Shown: piece by piece, positions 1-9,407 of the stretch | Position numbering within the stretch: the first letter of the stretch is position 1 | Layout of the letters: every line of letters begins with the position of its first letter | Assembly (NCBI GenBank): GCA_944358165.1 | Contig: CALVQS010000003.1 | Coordinates: forward strand, 1 to 35,229 | Direction: 5' to 3' | From: an uncultured Bacilli bacterium | Lineage (GTDB): Bacteria; Bacillota_I; Bacilli_A; RF39; UBA660 | Length of the DNA: 35,229 nt | The notes under the pieces: generated by a model | What the model was told of the DNA's origin: nothing | Database searches by the model: none | Seen by the model: the letters and a program-made list of their open reading frames with translations, nothing else | Made by a program: the position numbers and the translations under genes

Positions 1-1
1 T

Positions 2-535
2 ATTCTTACGAATAATGAAGAAATTATTAAAAAGATTAATAAAACCATTTTCCCAGGTATTCAAGGTGGTCCTTTAATGCATGTGATTGCTGCGAAAGCA
101 GAATGTTTTTACGAGGCTTTGCAACCAGAATTTAAAGTATATCAAGAACAAGTTATTAAAAATGCTAAAGTACTTGCGAAAACTTTAGAAAATGATGGAC
201 TTAAGATTATTAGTGGAGGAACGGATAACCATTTAATGTTGGTTGACGTGAAATCTACTTTAGGTATTGCGGGAAAAGAAGCAGAAGAAATACTAGATCA
301 AATTCATATTACCGTGAACAAAAATACCATTCCAAATGAAACAGAATCACCTACTAAAACTAGTGGTATTCGTCTTGGTACGCCTGCTATGACGACAAGA
401 GGATTAAAAGAAAAAGAATTTGAAAAAATTGGACATATTATTGTTAAAGCTTTAAAGAATAAAGATGATAAAAAAGTATTAGATGACTTAAAACAGGAAG
501 TTTTAGATTTGACAAATCAATTTCCAATTTATTAA
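2..535 (+). CDS. glyA: Serine hydroxymethyltransferase, 5'-truncated by the window edge
   Basis: Frame is open from base 2 (…[17 protein letters not shown]); GGTDNHL, NKNTIP and [14 protein letters not shown] are SHMT motifs. Confidence 0.97.
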   Translation: MLTNNEEIIKKINKTIFPGIQGGPLMHVIAAKAECFYEALQPEFKVYQEQVIKNAKVLAKTLENDGLKIISGGTDNHLMLVDVKSTLGIAGKEAEEILDQIHITVNKNTIPNETESPTKTSGIRLGTPAMTTRGLKEKEFEKIGHIIVKALKNKDDKKVLDDLKQEVLDLTNQFPIY

Positions 536-548
536 GTAGGTGAAGCAT

Positions 549-1217
549 ATGAGTAAAGGTAAGTTAATTGTTATTGAAGGAACGGATTGTTCTGGGAAGC
601 AAACTCAAACCGATTTATTGGTTCAAAATTTAAGAAAGTTAGGATATAGAGCGATTAGTTTTAGTTTTCCTAATTATGCATCTCCAACTGGTAAAATTAT
701 TGGAAGTTGCTATTTAGGTAAAACGGGAGAATCTTATTTTTCTGAGGGAATCGAAAATGTTGATCCAAAGATTTCTAGCCTTTACTATGCTGCTGATCGT
801 GCTTATAATATTGATGAAGTAAATCATTATTTAGAAGAAGGGTATATTGTTGTTTTAAATCGTTATGTGGAATCTAATATGGCATTTCAAGGCGGAAAGA
901 TTAAAGATATTCGAAAAAGAAATATGATGTATGAATGGTTAGATAATTTAGAGTTTGTTTTACTTGATTTACCAAGGCCAGATTATGTTTTATTTTTGTA
1001 TCTTCCTTATGAATATGTTTGTACTTTGAAGGAAAAACGTGGTAAAATAGCAAGCGTAAATCTTCTTCATATGGCTGAAGTGGCTTATTTAGAGCTTTCG
1101 ACGATTTATGAATATGAAAAAATTAATTGCCTTAGAGAAGATGCTTTACGTCCTGTTGAAGATATTTCTGAAGAAATATTAGAGAAAGTAAAAAAATATT
1201 TAGAAAAAGAGGAATGA
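549..1217 (+). CDS. tmk: Thymidylate kinase family protein
   Basis: P-loop [25 protein letters not shown] and LPRPD. Start moved to ATG 549, which follows a GGTGA RBS. Confidence 0.85.
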   Translation: MSKGKLIVIEGTDCSGKQTQTDLLVQNLRKLGYRAISFSFPNYASPTGKIIGSCYLGKTGESYFSEGIENVDPKISSLYYAADRAYNIDEVNHYLEEGYIVVLNRYVESNMAFQGGKIKDIRKRNMMYEWLDNLEFVLLDLPRPDYVLFLYLPYEYVCTLKEKRGKIASVNLLHMAEVAYLELSTIYEYEKINCLREDALRPVEDISEEILEKVKKYLEKEE

Positions 1218-2242
1218 ATATGAAGTTAAGTGATTTTGATTATGAGTTACCAGAAGAATTGATTGCCCAAACACCAATTAAAGAAAGAGATACTTCTAGA
1301 CTTATGATTTTAGATAAGAATACTGGAGATATTACTCATAAGCATTTTCATGATATATTAGAGGAGTTTCATTCTGGTGATGTTTTGGTTTTAAATGATA
1401 CTAAAGTTATTCCGGCAAGACTTATTGGAACAAAAGAAGAAACAGGAGCAGTCATTGAACTTCTTCTTTTAAAAGATTTGGGTAACAATGTTTGGATGTG
1501 TTTATCTAGGCCAGCGAAAAGATTAAAAGTTGGAACGATTGTTACTTTTTCTGATAAATTAAAAGCAGAAGTTGTTCAAAAATTAGATGAAGGAATTGTT
1601 CATGTAAAATTAATTTATGAAGGTATTTTAATGGAAATCTTAGATGAACTTGGAGAAATGCCACTTCCACCATATATTCATGCAAAATTACAAGATAAAA
1701 ACCGTTATCAAACGGTTTATGCTAAAAATATTGGAAGTGCAGCAGCTCCAACAGCCGGTCTTCATTTTACAAAAGAATTATTAGAAGAATTAAAAAATAA
1801 AGGAGTCGAGATTTTATTTATTACTTTGCATGTAGGTTTAGGTACGTTTCGTCCGGTTGAAGTTGAAAATGTGTTAGAACATCATATGCATAGTGAATTT
1901 TATCAAATGAGTAAAGAAGTTGCAGAACGACTCAATCTAGCTAAAAAAGAGGGTAGAAAAATTTATGCAGTCGGAACTACTACGGTAAGAACATTAGAAA
2001 CGATTATGCATAAATATCATGAATTTAGAGAGTGTAGTGGAAATACGGATATCTTTATTTATCCAGGATTTGAATTTCAAGCGATTGATGGTTTAATTAC
2101 TAATTTCCATTTACCAAAATCTACTTTATTAATGCTTGTTAGTGCACTTGCTTCTAGAGAAATTATTTTACATGCTTATAAAGTAGCAGTTGAAGAAAAA
2201 TATCGTTTCTTTTCCTTTGGAGATGCCATGTTTATTAAATAA
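1214..2242 (+). CDS. queA: S-adenosylmethionine:tRNA ribosyltransferase-isomerase
   Basis: [59 protein letters not shown] and FFSFGDAM. Confidence 0.97.
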   Translation: MNMKLSDFDYELPEELIAQTPIKERDTSRLMILDKNTGDITHKHFHDILEEFHSGDVLVLNDTKVIPARLIGTKEETGAVIELLLLKDLGNNVWMCLSRPAKRLKVGTIVTFSDKLKAEVVQKLDEGIVHVKLIYEGILMEILDELGEMPLPPYIHAKLQDKNRYQTVYAKNIGSAAAPTAGLHFTKELLEELKNKGVEILFITLHVGLGTFRPVEVENVLEHHMHSEFYQMSKEVAERLNLAKKEGRKIYAVGTTTVRTLETIMHKYHEFRECSGNTDIFIYPGFEFQAIDGLITNFHLPKSTLLMLVSALASREIILHAYKVAVEEKYRFFSFGDAMFIK

Positions 2243-2270
2243 ATCAGGGAAGATTATTTCTCTGATTTAT
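2241..2270 (+). terminator. Probable intrinsic terminator after queA
   Basis: AAATCAGGGA…TCTCTGATTT stem followed by AT/T-rich sequence. Confidence 0.55.
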
Positions 2271-2340
2271 TAATTTTTATGAAAATATCTTGTTAAAACA
2301 GATAATTTTCGGTATACTTATATCATAGGAGAGATATGTT

Positions 2341-2499
2341 ATGAAATTTTATGAGAAATTAATTATTTTGATTATTTTATTTTTAGGAGTTACGATTGGA
2401 ACTGCTGCGATTATTGGAGTATATTCAAGAACAGTTCGAGAAAATAATCCTGAAACTAACGAAAACAGTCTTATATTAGAAAATATTAATCTATTTTAA
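2341..2499 (+). CDS. Small single-pass membrane protein, 52 aa (MKFYEKLIILIILFLGVTIGTAAIIGVYSRTVRENNPETNENSLILENINLF); not in the ORF track
   Basis: AGGAG RBS, upstream TTGTTA-17-TATACT sigma-A-like promoter, one hydrophobic helix; 3' end overlaps the convergent yigZ-like gene. Confidence 0.7.
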   Translation: MKFYEKLIILIILFLGVTIGTAAIIGVYSRTVRENNPETNENSLILENINLF

Positions 2500-2839
2500 T
2501 TACTTCTTTTGCAGTACTTGAGTATGCTCTAATAAGACCACCAGCACCTAGTTTAATTCCACCAAAATATCTTACAATGGCAATTAGGGTGTGATTTAAA
2601 TTATTTTTTTCAATGATATTTAATATAGGCATACCACTTGTACCAGATGGTTCTTTATCATCTGATTTTTTTATGTAGCCATCTATTTTGTAAGCATAGG
2701 GAATGTGTCTTGCTTTTTTATGTTCTTTTTTAAGGCTTTCTAAAATTTCTTTTACATCATCTACATTATCTACTTCGTAATAATAAGCGATAAATTTTGA
2801 TTTTTTAATTTCCAATGTATATGTATTTAACAATTTCAT
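2486..2839 (-). CDS. YigZ/IMPACT family protein (N-terminal UPF0029 domain only)
   Basis: EIKKSKFIA, ARHIPYAY, SDDKEPSGTSG and RYFGGIKLGAGGLIRAY. Confidence 0.92.
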   Translation of the reverse strand: MKLLNTYTLEIKKSKFIAYYYEVDNVDDVKEILESLKKEHKKARHIPYAYKIDGYIKKSDDKEPSGTSGMPILNIIEKNNLNHTLIAIVRYFGGIKLGAGGLIRAYSSTAKEVIKID

Positions 2840-2896
2840 AACAACACCTGATTTTATTATACAAAAAAATGTAGTATAATAAAAGTGGTGATCGAT

Positions 2897-4675
2897 ATGT
2901 TTAAAGATAAACTCGCACTAATTCCTCATCTTCCTGGTAGTTATCAGATGAAAAATAGTGATGGGGTAATTATTTATGTTGGTAAAGCAAAAGATTTACA
3001 TAAAAGAGTCAATTCTTATTTTAATCGTCCTCATACTGGTAAGACAGCGAAAATGGTTAGTGAGATTGCGGATTTTTCTTATATTGTTGCTAGTAGTGAA
3101 TTAGAAGCTTTTTTGCTAGAATTTAATTTAATTAAACAGTATGATCCGAAATATAATATCTTACTTAAAGATGATAAGAGTTATCCATATATTGAATATA
3201 TTAGTAAACCTTATCCTAAACTTCAAGTGTCCAGGTATTTAAACGTACGAAAGAAAGATAAGAAAATGCTTTTTGGACCTTATCCAAATGCTTATGCAGC
3301 AAGAAAAATTGTTGCTTTAATTAATCGTTTGTATCCTTTAAAAAAATGTGATGTTATGCCTAAGAAAGTATGTTTGTATTATCATATTGGAGAATGTTTA
3401 GGATATTGTGAAAAAAAGGTTGATCCAGAGAAATTAAAAGAGATGGAAGAAGAAATTTTAAGTTTTTTAAGGGGAAATGCAGATGTTTTAAAGAATAAAA
3501 TCTTAGAAAAAATTAATATGTATAGTGAACAACTTAATTTTGAAATGGCTTTAGAACTTAAGAAAGAACTTAATTATATTAGTATTATTTTAGATAAACA
3601 AAAGATGGAATTACACGATTTTGTCAATCGGGATGTGGTGGGATATTTCTTTGATAAAGGATATCTTAGTGTTCAAATTCTTTTTTTGCGTAATGGAAGA
3701 ATGGTTGGAGGACATACCGATATTTTACCGGTTATTTCCGATTATCAAGATGAATTGGATACTTATTTGATGAATTTTTATAGTAGACATGAAGTACCCA
3801 AAGAAGTATTATGTACGAAAGATGTCAATACAAGTATTTTAAGTGAAATTGTAAATACTAATTTTGTGGTACCAGTTAAGGGTAAGAAAAAGAATTTGGT
3901 TGATATGGCTTGTAAGAATGCCAAAATTTATTTAGAAAATGAAATGGAAATTATTATTCGTGATGAAGAAAAAACAGAGAAAGCCAATGATGAATTAAGA
4001 GATCTTTTGGGTTTAAAGAAATTAGATCGCATTGATTTATTTGATAACTCAAATTTGTTTGGTTCTTTTACGGTAAGTTGTATGGTCGTATTTAAAAATG
4101 GTAGACCTGCTAAAAAGGAGTATCGTAAATATAAGATTAGCTTGGATAAAAATGATGATTATCATACGATGCAAGAAGTTATTTACCGAAGATATTACCG
4201 AGCTTTGGTTGATAAAACGGAACTTCCTGATTTAATTATTGTTGATGGTGGTATTAATCAAATTAATGCTTGCTTAGAAATATTACAAACTCTTAATTTG
4301 GATATTCGGGTTTGTGGTTTAAGAAAAAATGATAAACACCGTACTAATGATTTGATTGATTCTCTCGGTTATCGGACAATTGTGCTTGATAAAACGAGTT
4401 CGGTATTTCATTATTTAACAAGAATGCAAGATGAAGTACACCGTTATACGATTAGTTATCACAGAACGATTCGTAGTAAAGGAGCGATTGGTAGTATTCT
4501 TGATAATATTGAGGGAATTGGAGCTAAAAGAAAGAGGGAGCTTATTAAGACTTTTGGAAGTGTTGCCAAAATTAAGAATGCTAGTATTTCAGAATTAAGT
4601 AAGATTATTCCCGAAAATATTGCTATTCGTTTGCAAGAATATTTGAAAGAGAAAGATGAAGATAAAAAAGGATAA
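2897..4675 (+). CDS. uvrC: Excinuclease ABC subunit C
   Basis: GIY-YIG region YVGKAKDLHKRVNSYF, PKYNILLKDDKSYPY, RNase H-like FDNSN and IIVDGG, MQDEVHR, and C-terminal HhH. Start ATG 2897 follows GGTGA. Confidence 0.97.
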   Translation: MFKDKLALIPHLPGSYQMKNSDGVIIYVGKAKDLHKRVNSYFNRPHTGKTAKMVSEIADFSYIVASSELEAFLLEFNLIKQYDPKYNILLKDDKSYPYIEYISKPYPKLQVSRYLNVRKKDKKMLFGPYPNAYAARKIVALINRLYPLKKCDVMPKKVCLYYHIGECLGYCEKKVDPEKLKEMEEEILSFLRGNADVLKNKILEKINMYSEQLNFEMALELKKELNYISIILDKQKMELHDFVNRDVVGYFFDKGYLSVQILFLRNGRMVGGHTDILPVISDYQDELDTYLMNFYSRHEVPKEVLCTKDVNTSILSEIVNTNFVVPVKGKKKNLVDMACKNAKIYLENEMEIIIRDEEKTEKANDELRDLLGLKKLDRIDLFDNSNLFGSFTVSCMVVFKNGRPAKKEYRKYKISLDKNDDYHTMQEVIYRRYYRALVDKTELPDLIIVDGGINQINACLEILQTLNLDIRVCGLRKNDKHRTNDLIDSLGYRTIVLDKTSSVFHYLTRMQDEVHRYTISYHRTIRSKGAIGSILDNIEGIGAKRKRELIKTFGSVAKIKNASISELSKIIPENIAIRLQEYLKEKDEDKKG

Positions 4676-4687
4676 GTAGGAGGTTTT

Positions 4688-5788
4688 ATGCAGAAGTTTA
4701 TTGAACTAAAGAAAGATGAAAATATTTTAGTTTCTAGCATGCTAGAAAGTTCTTTACAGCCAGATGCTATTTATCTTCCAGTTCAAAATGGAAAGATTTT
4801 TATTCATCAAAACGATTGTGTAAAAATTGGTGAAGAAGTTTTAGAGGGAGTTCTTAGTCCGATTTCCGGAACTGTTAAAAGCTTAAAAAGAATGCATTCT
4901 TTGGCTGGAGATGGTTATTATTTAGAGATTGCTAATGATTTTGAAGAACGATATCTAAAAGAAGTAGGAAAAAGAAGAAAAATTAAAAAGGAAGATATTT
5001 TAAAAGTTTTTAATTTAGATGGCATGAAAAATTTTGTATTAAATGCGATTGATGATGAGATTTATGTTTCGACACAAAACTTTTATTTGTATTTGTATTA
5101 TGATGCTTTCTTAGAATTATTAGATGAAATTGAACAGATTTTTCCAGATTTAAATGTTTATGTTTGTGTGAAAGCAAGTAGTAGTGAAAATGTTAGTAAA
5201 TTAATGAGTGATCTTGGAATGTATCCAAATATTATTTTAAAGATTGTACCAGATTATTATTTGTTGGGAAGAAAACAATTTTTACTTTCTTATCTTGGGC
5301 TAGATGTAGAAAAAAGTTTTGTTCTTTCGGCAGGAGAATTTTATGATATTTATAATTATTTAAAAAGAGGTAGAACAAAAAGTGATTTACTTCTTACCAT
5401 TAGTGGAGATGCTTGCAAAAATCCCATGGTTATTCAAGTAAAGATTGGGACTTTGTTAAAGGATGTTGTAAAAGAAAAAATAGAAATATTAGATGGAGAT
5501 ATTTGTTATTTTGCGAATGGAATCATGAGTGGGCAAGAAATTTCTTTGGATTCATTTGTTGTTACGACGGATTTGCAAAGCCTACTTATTATGAAAAAAA
5601 AGAAAGAGCCTAAGGCTCGTAAATGTATACGATGTGGCTTGTGCAGTGAACTTTGTCCTTTCCATTTACATCCTTATCTTTTCGGGAATCCAAAATATCA
5701 GCATGAGAAAGAAAGATGTATAAATTGTGGCTTATGCTCATATATTTGTCCTGTATATATTCATTTTTATAAGGAGAGTGAGAAATGA
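4688..5788 (+). CDS. Divergent RnfC-like Fe-S protein
   Basis: SPISGTV barrel motif, SLBB-like VKIGTLLKD, NGIMSG (cf. GGPMMG), and two 4Fe-4S motifs CIRCGLCSELCP and CINCGLCSYICP. The canonical GxxGxGGAGFP and NGAECEP motifs are not intact. Confidence 0.75.
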   Translation: MQKFIELKKDENILVSSMLESSLQPDAIYLPVQNGKIFIHQNDCVKIGEEVLEGVLSPISGTVKSLKRMHSLAGDGYYLEIANDFEERYLKEVGKRRKIKKEDILKVFNLDGMKNFVLNAIDDEIYVSTQNFYLYLYYDAFLELLDEIEQIFPDLNVYVCVKASSSENVSKLMSDLGMYPNIILKIVPDYYLLGRKQFLLSYLGLDVEKSFVLSAGEFYDIYNYLKRGRTKSDLLLTISGDACKNPMVIQVKIGTLLKDVVKEKIEILDGDICYFANGIMSGQEISLDSFVVTTDLQSLLIMKKKKEPKARKCIRCGLCSELCPFHLHPYLFGNPKYQHEKERCINCGLCSYICPVYIHFYKESEK

Positions 5789-6666
5789 TGAATGTTCCTT
5801 ATTTGCATTATCCGAAAGATGAACGTAGTTTAAAGAAAGCTTATCTTATTGCTATTTTGTTACTTTGGGTTTTTGGATTTTATAAAAATGGAATTTTATT
5901 ATATCAAAATGATTATATTTCTTTTCTTGATTTATTTATTCCAATTTATTTTTTAGGAGTTAGTGCAGGTGTAAGTTTACTAGTAGCGTTTTTATTAAAG
6001 CAAAATTTATTTTTATATCTAATATATGGGCTTATATTGGGTGCTTCTATTTCTATTAATACGAATATGATTCTCTATCCAATTTTACTTTTTGTAGCTC
6101 TTTTTATTACAAGTTATATCGATCAAAAAAGAAGTATTCCTGTGGTTTCCCTTACTCGTTTGTTTCTTGTTTTAGCAATACTAGTTCAAACTTATTCGTA
6201 CTTAAATGTAAGTGAAAAAATTGGAGCTTTTAATTATGATTATTTTGATCTTTTCTTAGGTTATGGAGTAGGGGGTATTGCTAGTAGTAGTTTATTATTT
6301 GTGATTCTTGCATTTTTCATTTTGCTTTTCAATCCTTTTTATAAGAGAATGATTCCGGTTATGGCTAGTTTTTCATTTATTTTAGGAAGTGCTCTTTTAT
6401 TTTTGATAACAAGAGATAGCTCTTATATTACTACTTTATTAAATGGAACAGTTTATTTTTCTTTTGTGTTTGTGGCAACTTTATTTTATAATACACCGAT
6501 TACGAAAAAGGGCATGATTTCTTATGGGTTATGTATTGGACTAGTTAGTGCTCTTTTAAGTGCTTTCTTACCGATTTATGAAGTTGGATTTTTAAGTATT
6601 TTCTTATTTTCTCTGTTTCCATCTATATTTGACCAAATTTTGCAAAAAAAACATTTACATTCTTAA
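5785..6666 (+). CDS. Divergent RnfD/NqrB-family membrane protein
   Basis: Polytopic hydrophobic protein with DLFLGYGVGGIASSS and FVATLFYNTPITKKG (cf. RnfD LFLG..GG.IGETS and FMATD..T.P.T..G); overlaps the rnfC-like gene. Confidence 0.7.
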   Translation: MMNVPYLHYPKDERSLKKAYLIAILLLWVFGFYKNGILLYQNDYISFLDLFIPIYFLGVSAGVSLLVAFLLKQNLFLYLIYGLILGASISINTNMILYPILLFVALFITSYIDQKRSIPVVSLTRLFLVLAILVQTYSYLNVSEKIGAFNYDYFDLFLGYGVGGIASSSLLFVILAFFILLFNPFYKRMIPVMASFSFILGSALLFLITRDSSYITTLLNGTVYFSFVFVATLFYNTPITKKGMISYGLCIGLVSALLSAFLPIYEVGFLSIFLFSLFPSIFDQILQKKHLHS

Positions 6667-6682
6667 AAGCTTGTGTTATAGT
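6654..6682 (+). promoter_or_regulatory. Sigma-A-type promoter upstream of the adhesin gene
   Basis: TTTACA-17 bp-TATAGT with an extended -10 TG. Confidence 0.55.
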
Positions 6683-6692
6683 AATTTCATTC

Positions 6693-6746
6693 ACTCGTAA
6701 AAAATTCTTATTTTTAGGATAAGATTCTTTTTACGAGTTTTTCTTT
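6693..6746 (+). terminator. Strong intrinsic terminator or attenuator
   Basis: ACTCGTAAAAA (6693-6703) pairs with TTTTTACGAGT (6728-6738), there is an inner stem, then TTTTCTTT. Confidence 0.75.
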
Positions 6747-6759
6747 GGTCTAGAAAAGG

Positions 6760-8775
6760 ATGAAGATGAAAAAAATATTTAAAATTTTATTTTGTTTTTG
6801 CTTGTTTGTTACTTTTAAATTAGTTGCAGATGCGGAACAAAATTATATTGCTTTAGGAAGTCAAATTCCTGGGGTACGTCTTTATTTAAAAACACCAACT
6901 GTTGAAAAATATAAAGGAATGTTTTTAATTTATAATCAAACGACTGGAGAACATGTTTATTGCATTGAACCAGGAGTTGTTTTAAAAAATGGTTCTTTTA
7001 ATGGCTATCCTTATTTGGATATGATACCAAAAGATTTAGGAATTACTACAGAAGATTGGAATTATTTAAGAACTATTGCTTATTATGGATATGGATATCG
7101 TGATCGAACAGATCTTAAGTGGTACGCAGCGACTCAGTTTATGATTTGGGAATATATTTTAAGAGATACTGGTGAGATTTATTTTGTAGATCAAAATAAT
7201 CAAAAGATTGATTATTTGATAGAGGAAATAAATGCAATCCAAGAAGATGTGGATATACACAATCTTTTGCCATCTTTTTTAGAAGATGAAGAAATGATTG
7301 CTGTAAAGCTTGGAGATACTATAACTTTGGTTGATGAATACGGAATTTTAGAGGACTTTGAATTAGATTATTCTGATATTCAAGTAGTTAGAAATGGAAA
7401 TGAGCTTAATATAACTTTTCATTCTCCTGGATATAAATATATAGGTTTTAATCGTGATTTGGAAGATTTAAAAATGCCTAAAATATTTTATAGTCCGTCT
7501 AGTCAAGCAGTTATGGCAAAAGGAATTATATCTAGGCCTTATCAACGAATTCAATTTAATGTTCAATTTCCAACTTTTACATTAATAAAGAAGGGAAACG
7601 AAGAGACTTTACTTTCTTTAGAAGGTGCCAAATATAATATTTATTATGCTGATGGAACATTTTATCGAGCATTAGAAACAAATGAAGATGGGGTAGCATA
7701 TTTAGATCGTATTGCTTTAGGAGAATATTATTTACAAGAGATAGAGGCTCCATATGGATTTCTAGTTAATGACGAGAAAATTTATTTTGAAGTTGTAGAA
7801 GATGATATAGTAATTGAAGCAGTAGATGCACTGATAAAAAAAGAGATTGTTATTGAAAAATATTTGGAAGATTTAGATGGTAATTTGGAGTTAGAAAAGA
7901 ATGCAAAGTTTCAAGTGTATAATGAAAAAGATGAATTAGTTTTAGAGTTTCAAACAAATGAATACGGAAAATATCATTTGAGTTTACCTTATGGAGAATA
8001 TACATTAAAACAAATTACTTCTTCAGAGGGTTATTCTTTAGCAGAAGATATTACTTTAACTGTTAATGAAAATACATCTGATAATCTTATTCTTAAAAAT
8101 CCCCGAATTGTTGGTTCTCTTATGATTTTAAAATTAGATTCCGAAAGTAAAGAAGAAATTCTTGATGAAGCAATTTTTAAAATTTATGATGTAGGAAGAC
8201 ATGAATATTTTAAGGTTGATGGAAAAGATGAATTTCCCACAGTGGATGGAAAAATTGTGATTGAAAAAATTCCTTATGGTGAGTATCAACTGATTGAAGT
8301 AAGTGCGCCAATTCATTATTTGCCTTTAGAAGAGCCAATTTACTTTTCAATTAAGAGTAATGAGGAAATTACTTTAGAAGTAGTTAATGAATTACAAAAA
8401 GGTTCTTTAGAGATTGAAAAAATAGATGATGAAACATTAAAACCATTACAAGGGGTTTTGTTTGGCTTATATGATCAAGATCAAAATTTTATTCAAGAAT
8501 ATATTACCGATGAAAATGGCAAAATTACGATTCCTAATCTATTAGAAGGGTTATATTATATTAAAGAATTATCGACTTTAGAAGGATACCAATTGCTAGA
8601 TGGATTTATGGAAGTAAATGTTAAAAATAATATTTTGAGTTCTTTTAAAGTAACCAATCGCTTAAAAGTAGAAGTACCGAAAACTGGTGTAAACGAACTT
8701 CTTTGTTCCATTCTTTTTTCAAGCTTTTGTTTAACGATTGGAATGGCTCTTTGTAATTATGATAAAAATCATTAA
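6760..8775 (+). CDS. Cell-wall-anchored adhesin/pilin with an N-terminal thioester (TED) domain and SpaA/CnaB-type repeats
   Basis: Signal peptide, VYCIEPG plus ATQFMIWEY (Cys-Gln thioester motifs), repeated GxYxLxExxAPxGY E-box domains, and a VPKTG sorting signal followed by a hydrophobic helix. Confidence 0.85.
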   Translation: MKMKKIFKILFCFCLFVTFKLVADAEQNYIALGSQIPGVRLYLKTPTVEKYKGMFLIYNQTTGEHVYCIEPGVVLKNGSFNGYPYLDMIPKDLGITTEDWNYLRTIAYYGYGYRDRTDLKWYAATQFMIWEYILRDTGEIYFVDQNNQKIDYLIEEINAIQEDVDIHNLLPSFLEDEEMIAVKLGDTITLVDEYGILEDFELDYSDIQVVRNGNELNITFHSPGYKYIGFNRDLEDLKMPKIFYSPSSQAVMAKGIISRPYQRIQFNVQFPTFTLIKKGNEETLLSLEGAKYNIYYADGTFYRALETNEDGVAYLDRIALGEYYLQEIEAPYGFLVNDEKIYFEVVEDDIVIEAVDALIKKEIVIEKYLEDLDGNLELEKNAKFQVYNEKDELVLEFQTNEYGKYHLSLPYGEYTLKQITSSEGYSLAEDITLTVNENTSDNLILKNPRIVGSLMILKLDSESKEEILDEAIFKIYDVGRHEYFKVDGKDEFPTVDGKIVIEKIPYGEYQLIEVSAPIHYLPLEEPIYFSIKSNEEITLEVVNELQKGSLEIEKIDDETLKPLQGVLFGLYDQDQNFIQEYITDENGKITIPNLLEGLYYIKELSTLEGYQLLDGFMEVNVKNNILSSFKVTNRLKVEVPKTGVNELLCSILFSSFCLTIGMALCNYDKNH

Positions 8776-9298
8776 GATTATTGGTGCTTTTCTGATTGTT
8801 GGAGCAGTTCTTTTGCCAATTTTTCATTTTACAGTGGAAAAAATAAATGAATATGAATACAAGGAAGTTTTAGCAGAAAAAGAAGAGACGAAAGATTACT
8901 TTGCTCTTTTGGAAATCAAAAAAATTGGTTTAAAAAGAGAGATTTATGAGAAAGATAGCAAAGAAAATGATGTTAATAAAAATATTTTACTACATCAAAA
9001 AAGTATTCTTCCAGAAAATGGGGAAAGCTATATCATTTTAGCAGCTCATTCTGGTAATGGACATAATGCTTATTTTAAAGATTTATACCAGTTAGAAATT
9101 GGTGATGAAGTAGACTTTTACTATGATGGAAAAGATTGGAGTTATGAAATTGTTGATATAGAATTTCAAGATAAGACAGGAGTTTTATATTTAAAGGAAG
9201 ATTTTCCAAATATGATTGTTCTTATTACTTGTACTAAGGGAGATAGTGGTACCCAAACGGTTTATTATGGTGTTTTAAATGAGACGAAAAATCTGTAA
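8759..9298 (+). CDS. Sortase family protein
   Basis: N-terminal TM helix, LAAHSG (His), FxxLxxLxxGD and LITC (Cys). Start likely ATG 8759, overlapping the adhesin stop. Confidence 0.88.
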   Translation: MIKIIKIIGAFLIVGAVLLPIFHFTVEKINEYEYKEVLAEKEETKDYFALLEIKKIGLKREIYEKDSKENDVNKNILLHQKSILPENGESYIILAAHSGNGHNAYFKDLYQLEIGDEVDFYYDGKDWSYEIVDIEFQDKTGVLYLKEDFPNMIVLITCTKGDSGTQTVYYGVLNETKNL

Positions 9299-9306
9299 AA
9301 AAGTAT

Positions 9307-9343
9307 AAAAATGCAAGTTTTTTGAAGAAATTTGCATTTTTTT
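9307..9343 (+). terminator. Intrinsic terminator after the sortase gene
   Basis: AAAAATGCAAGTTT…AAATTTGCATTTTT followed by a T-run. Confidence 0.75.
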
Positions 9344-9407
9344 AAAGGATTTTCGGGGGTTACGGGTAATAAATATATTTAGAAGCCGAAATTAAAGGGG
9401 TGGTGAT

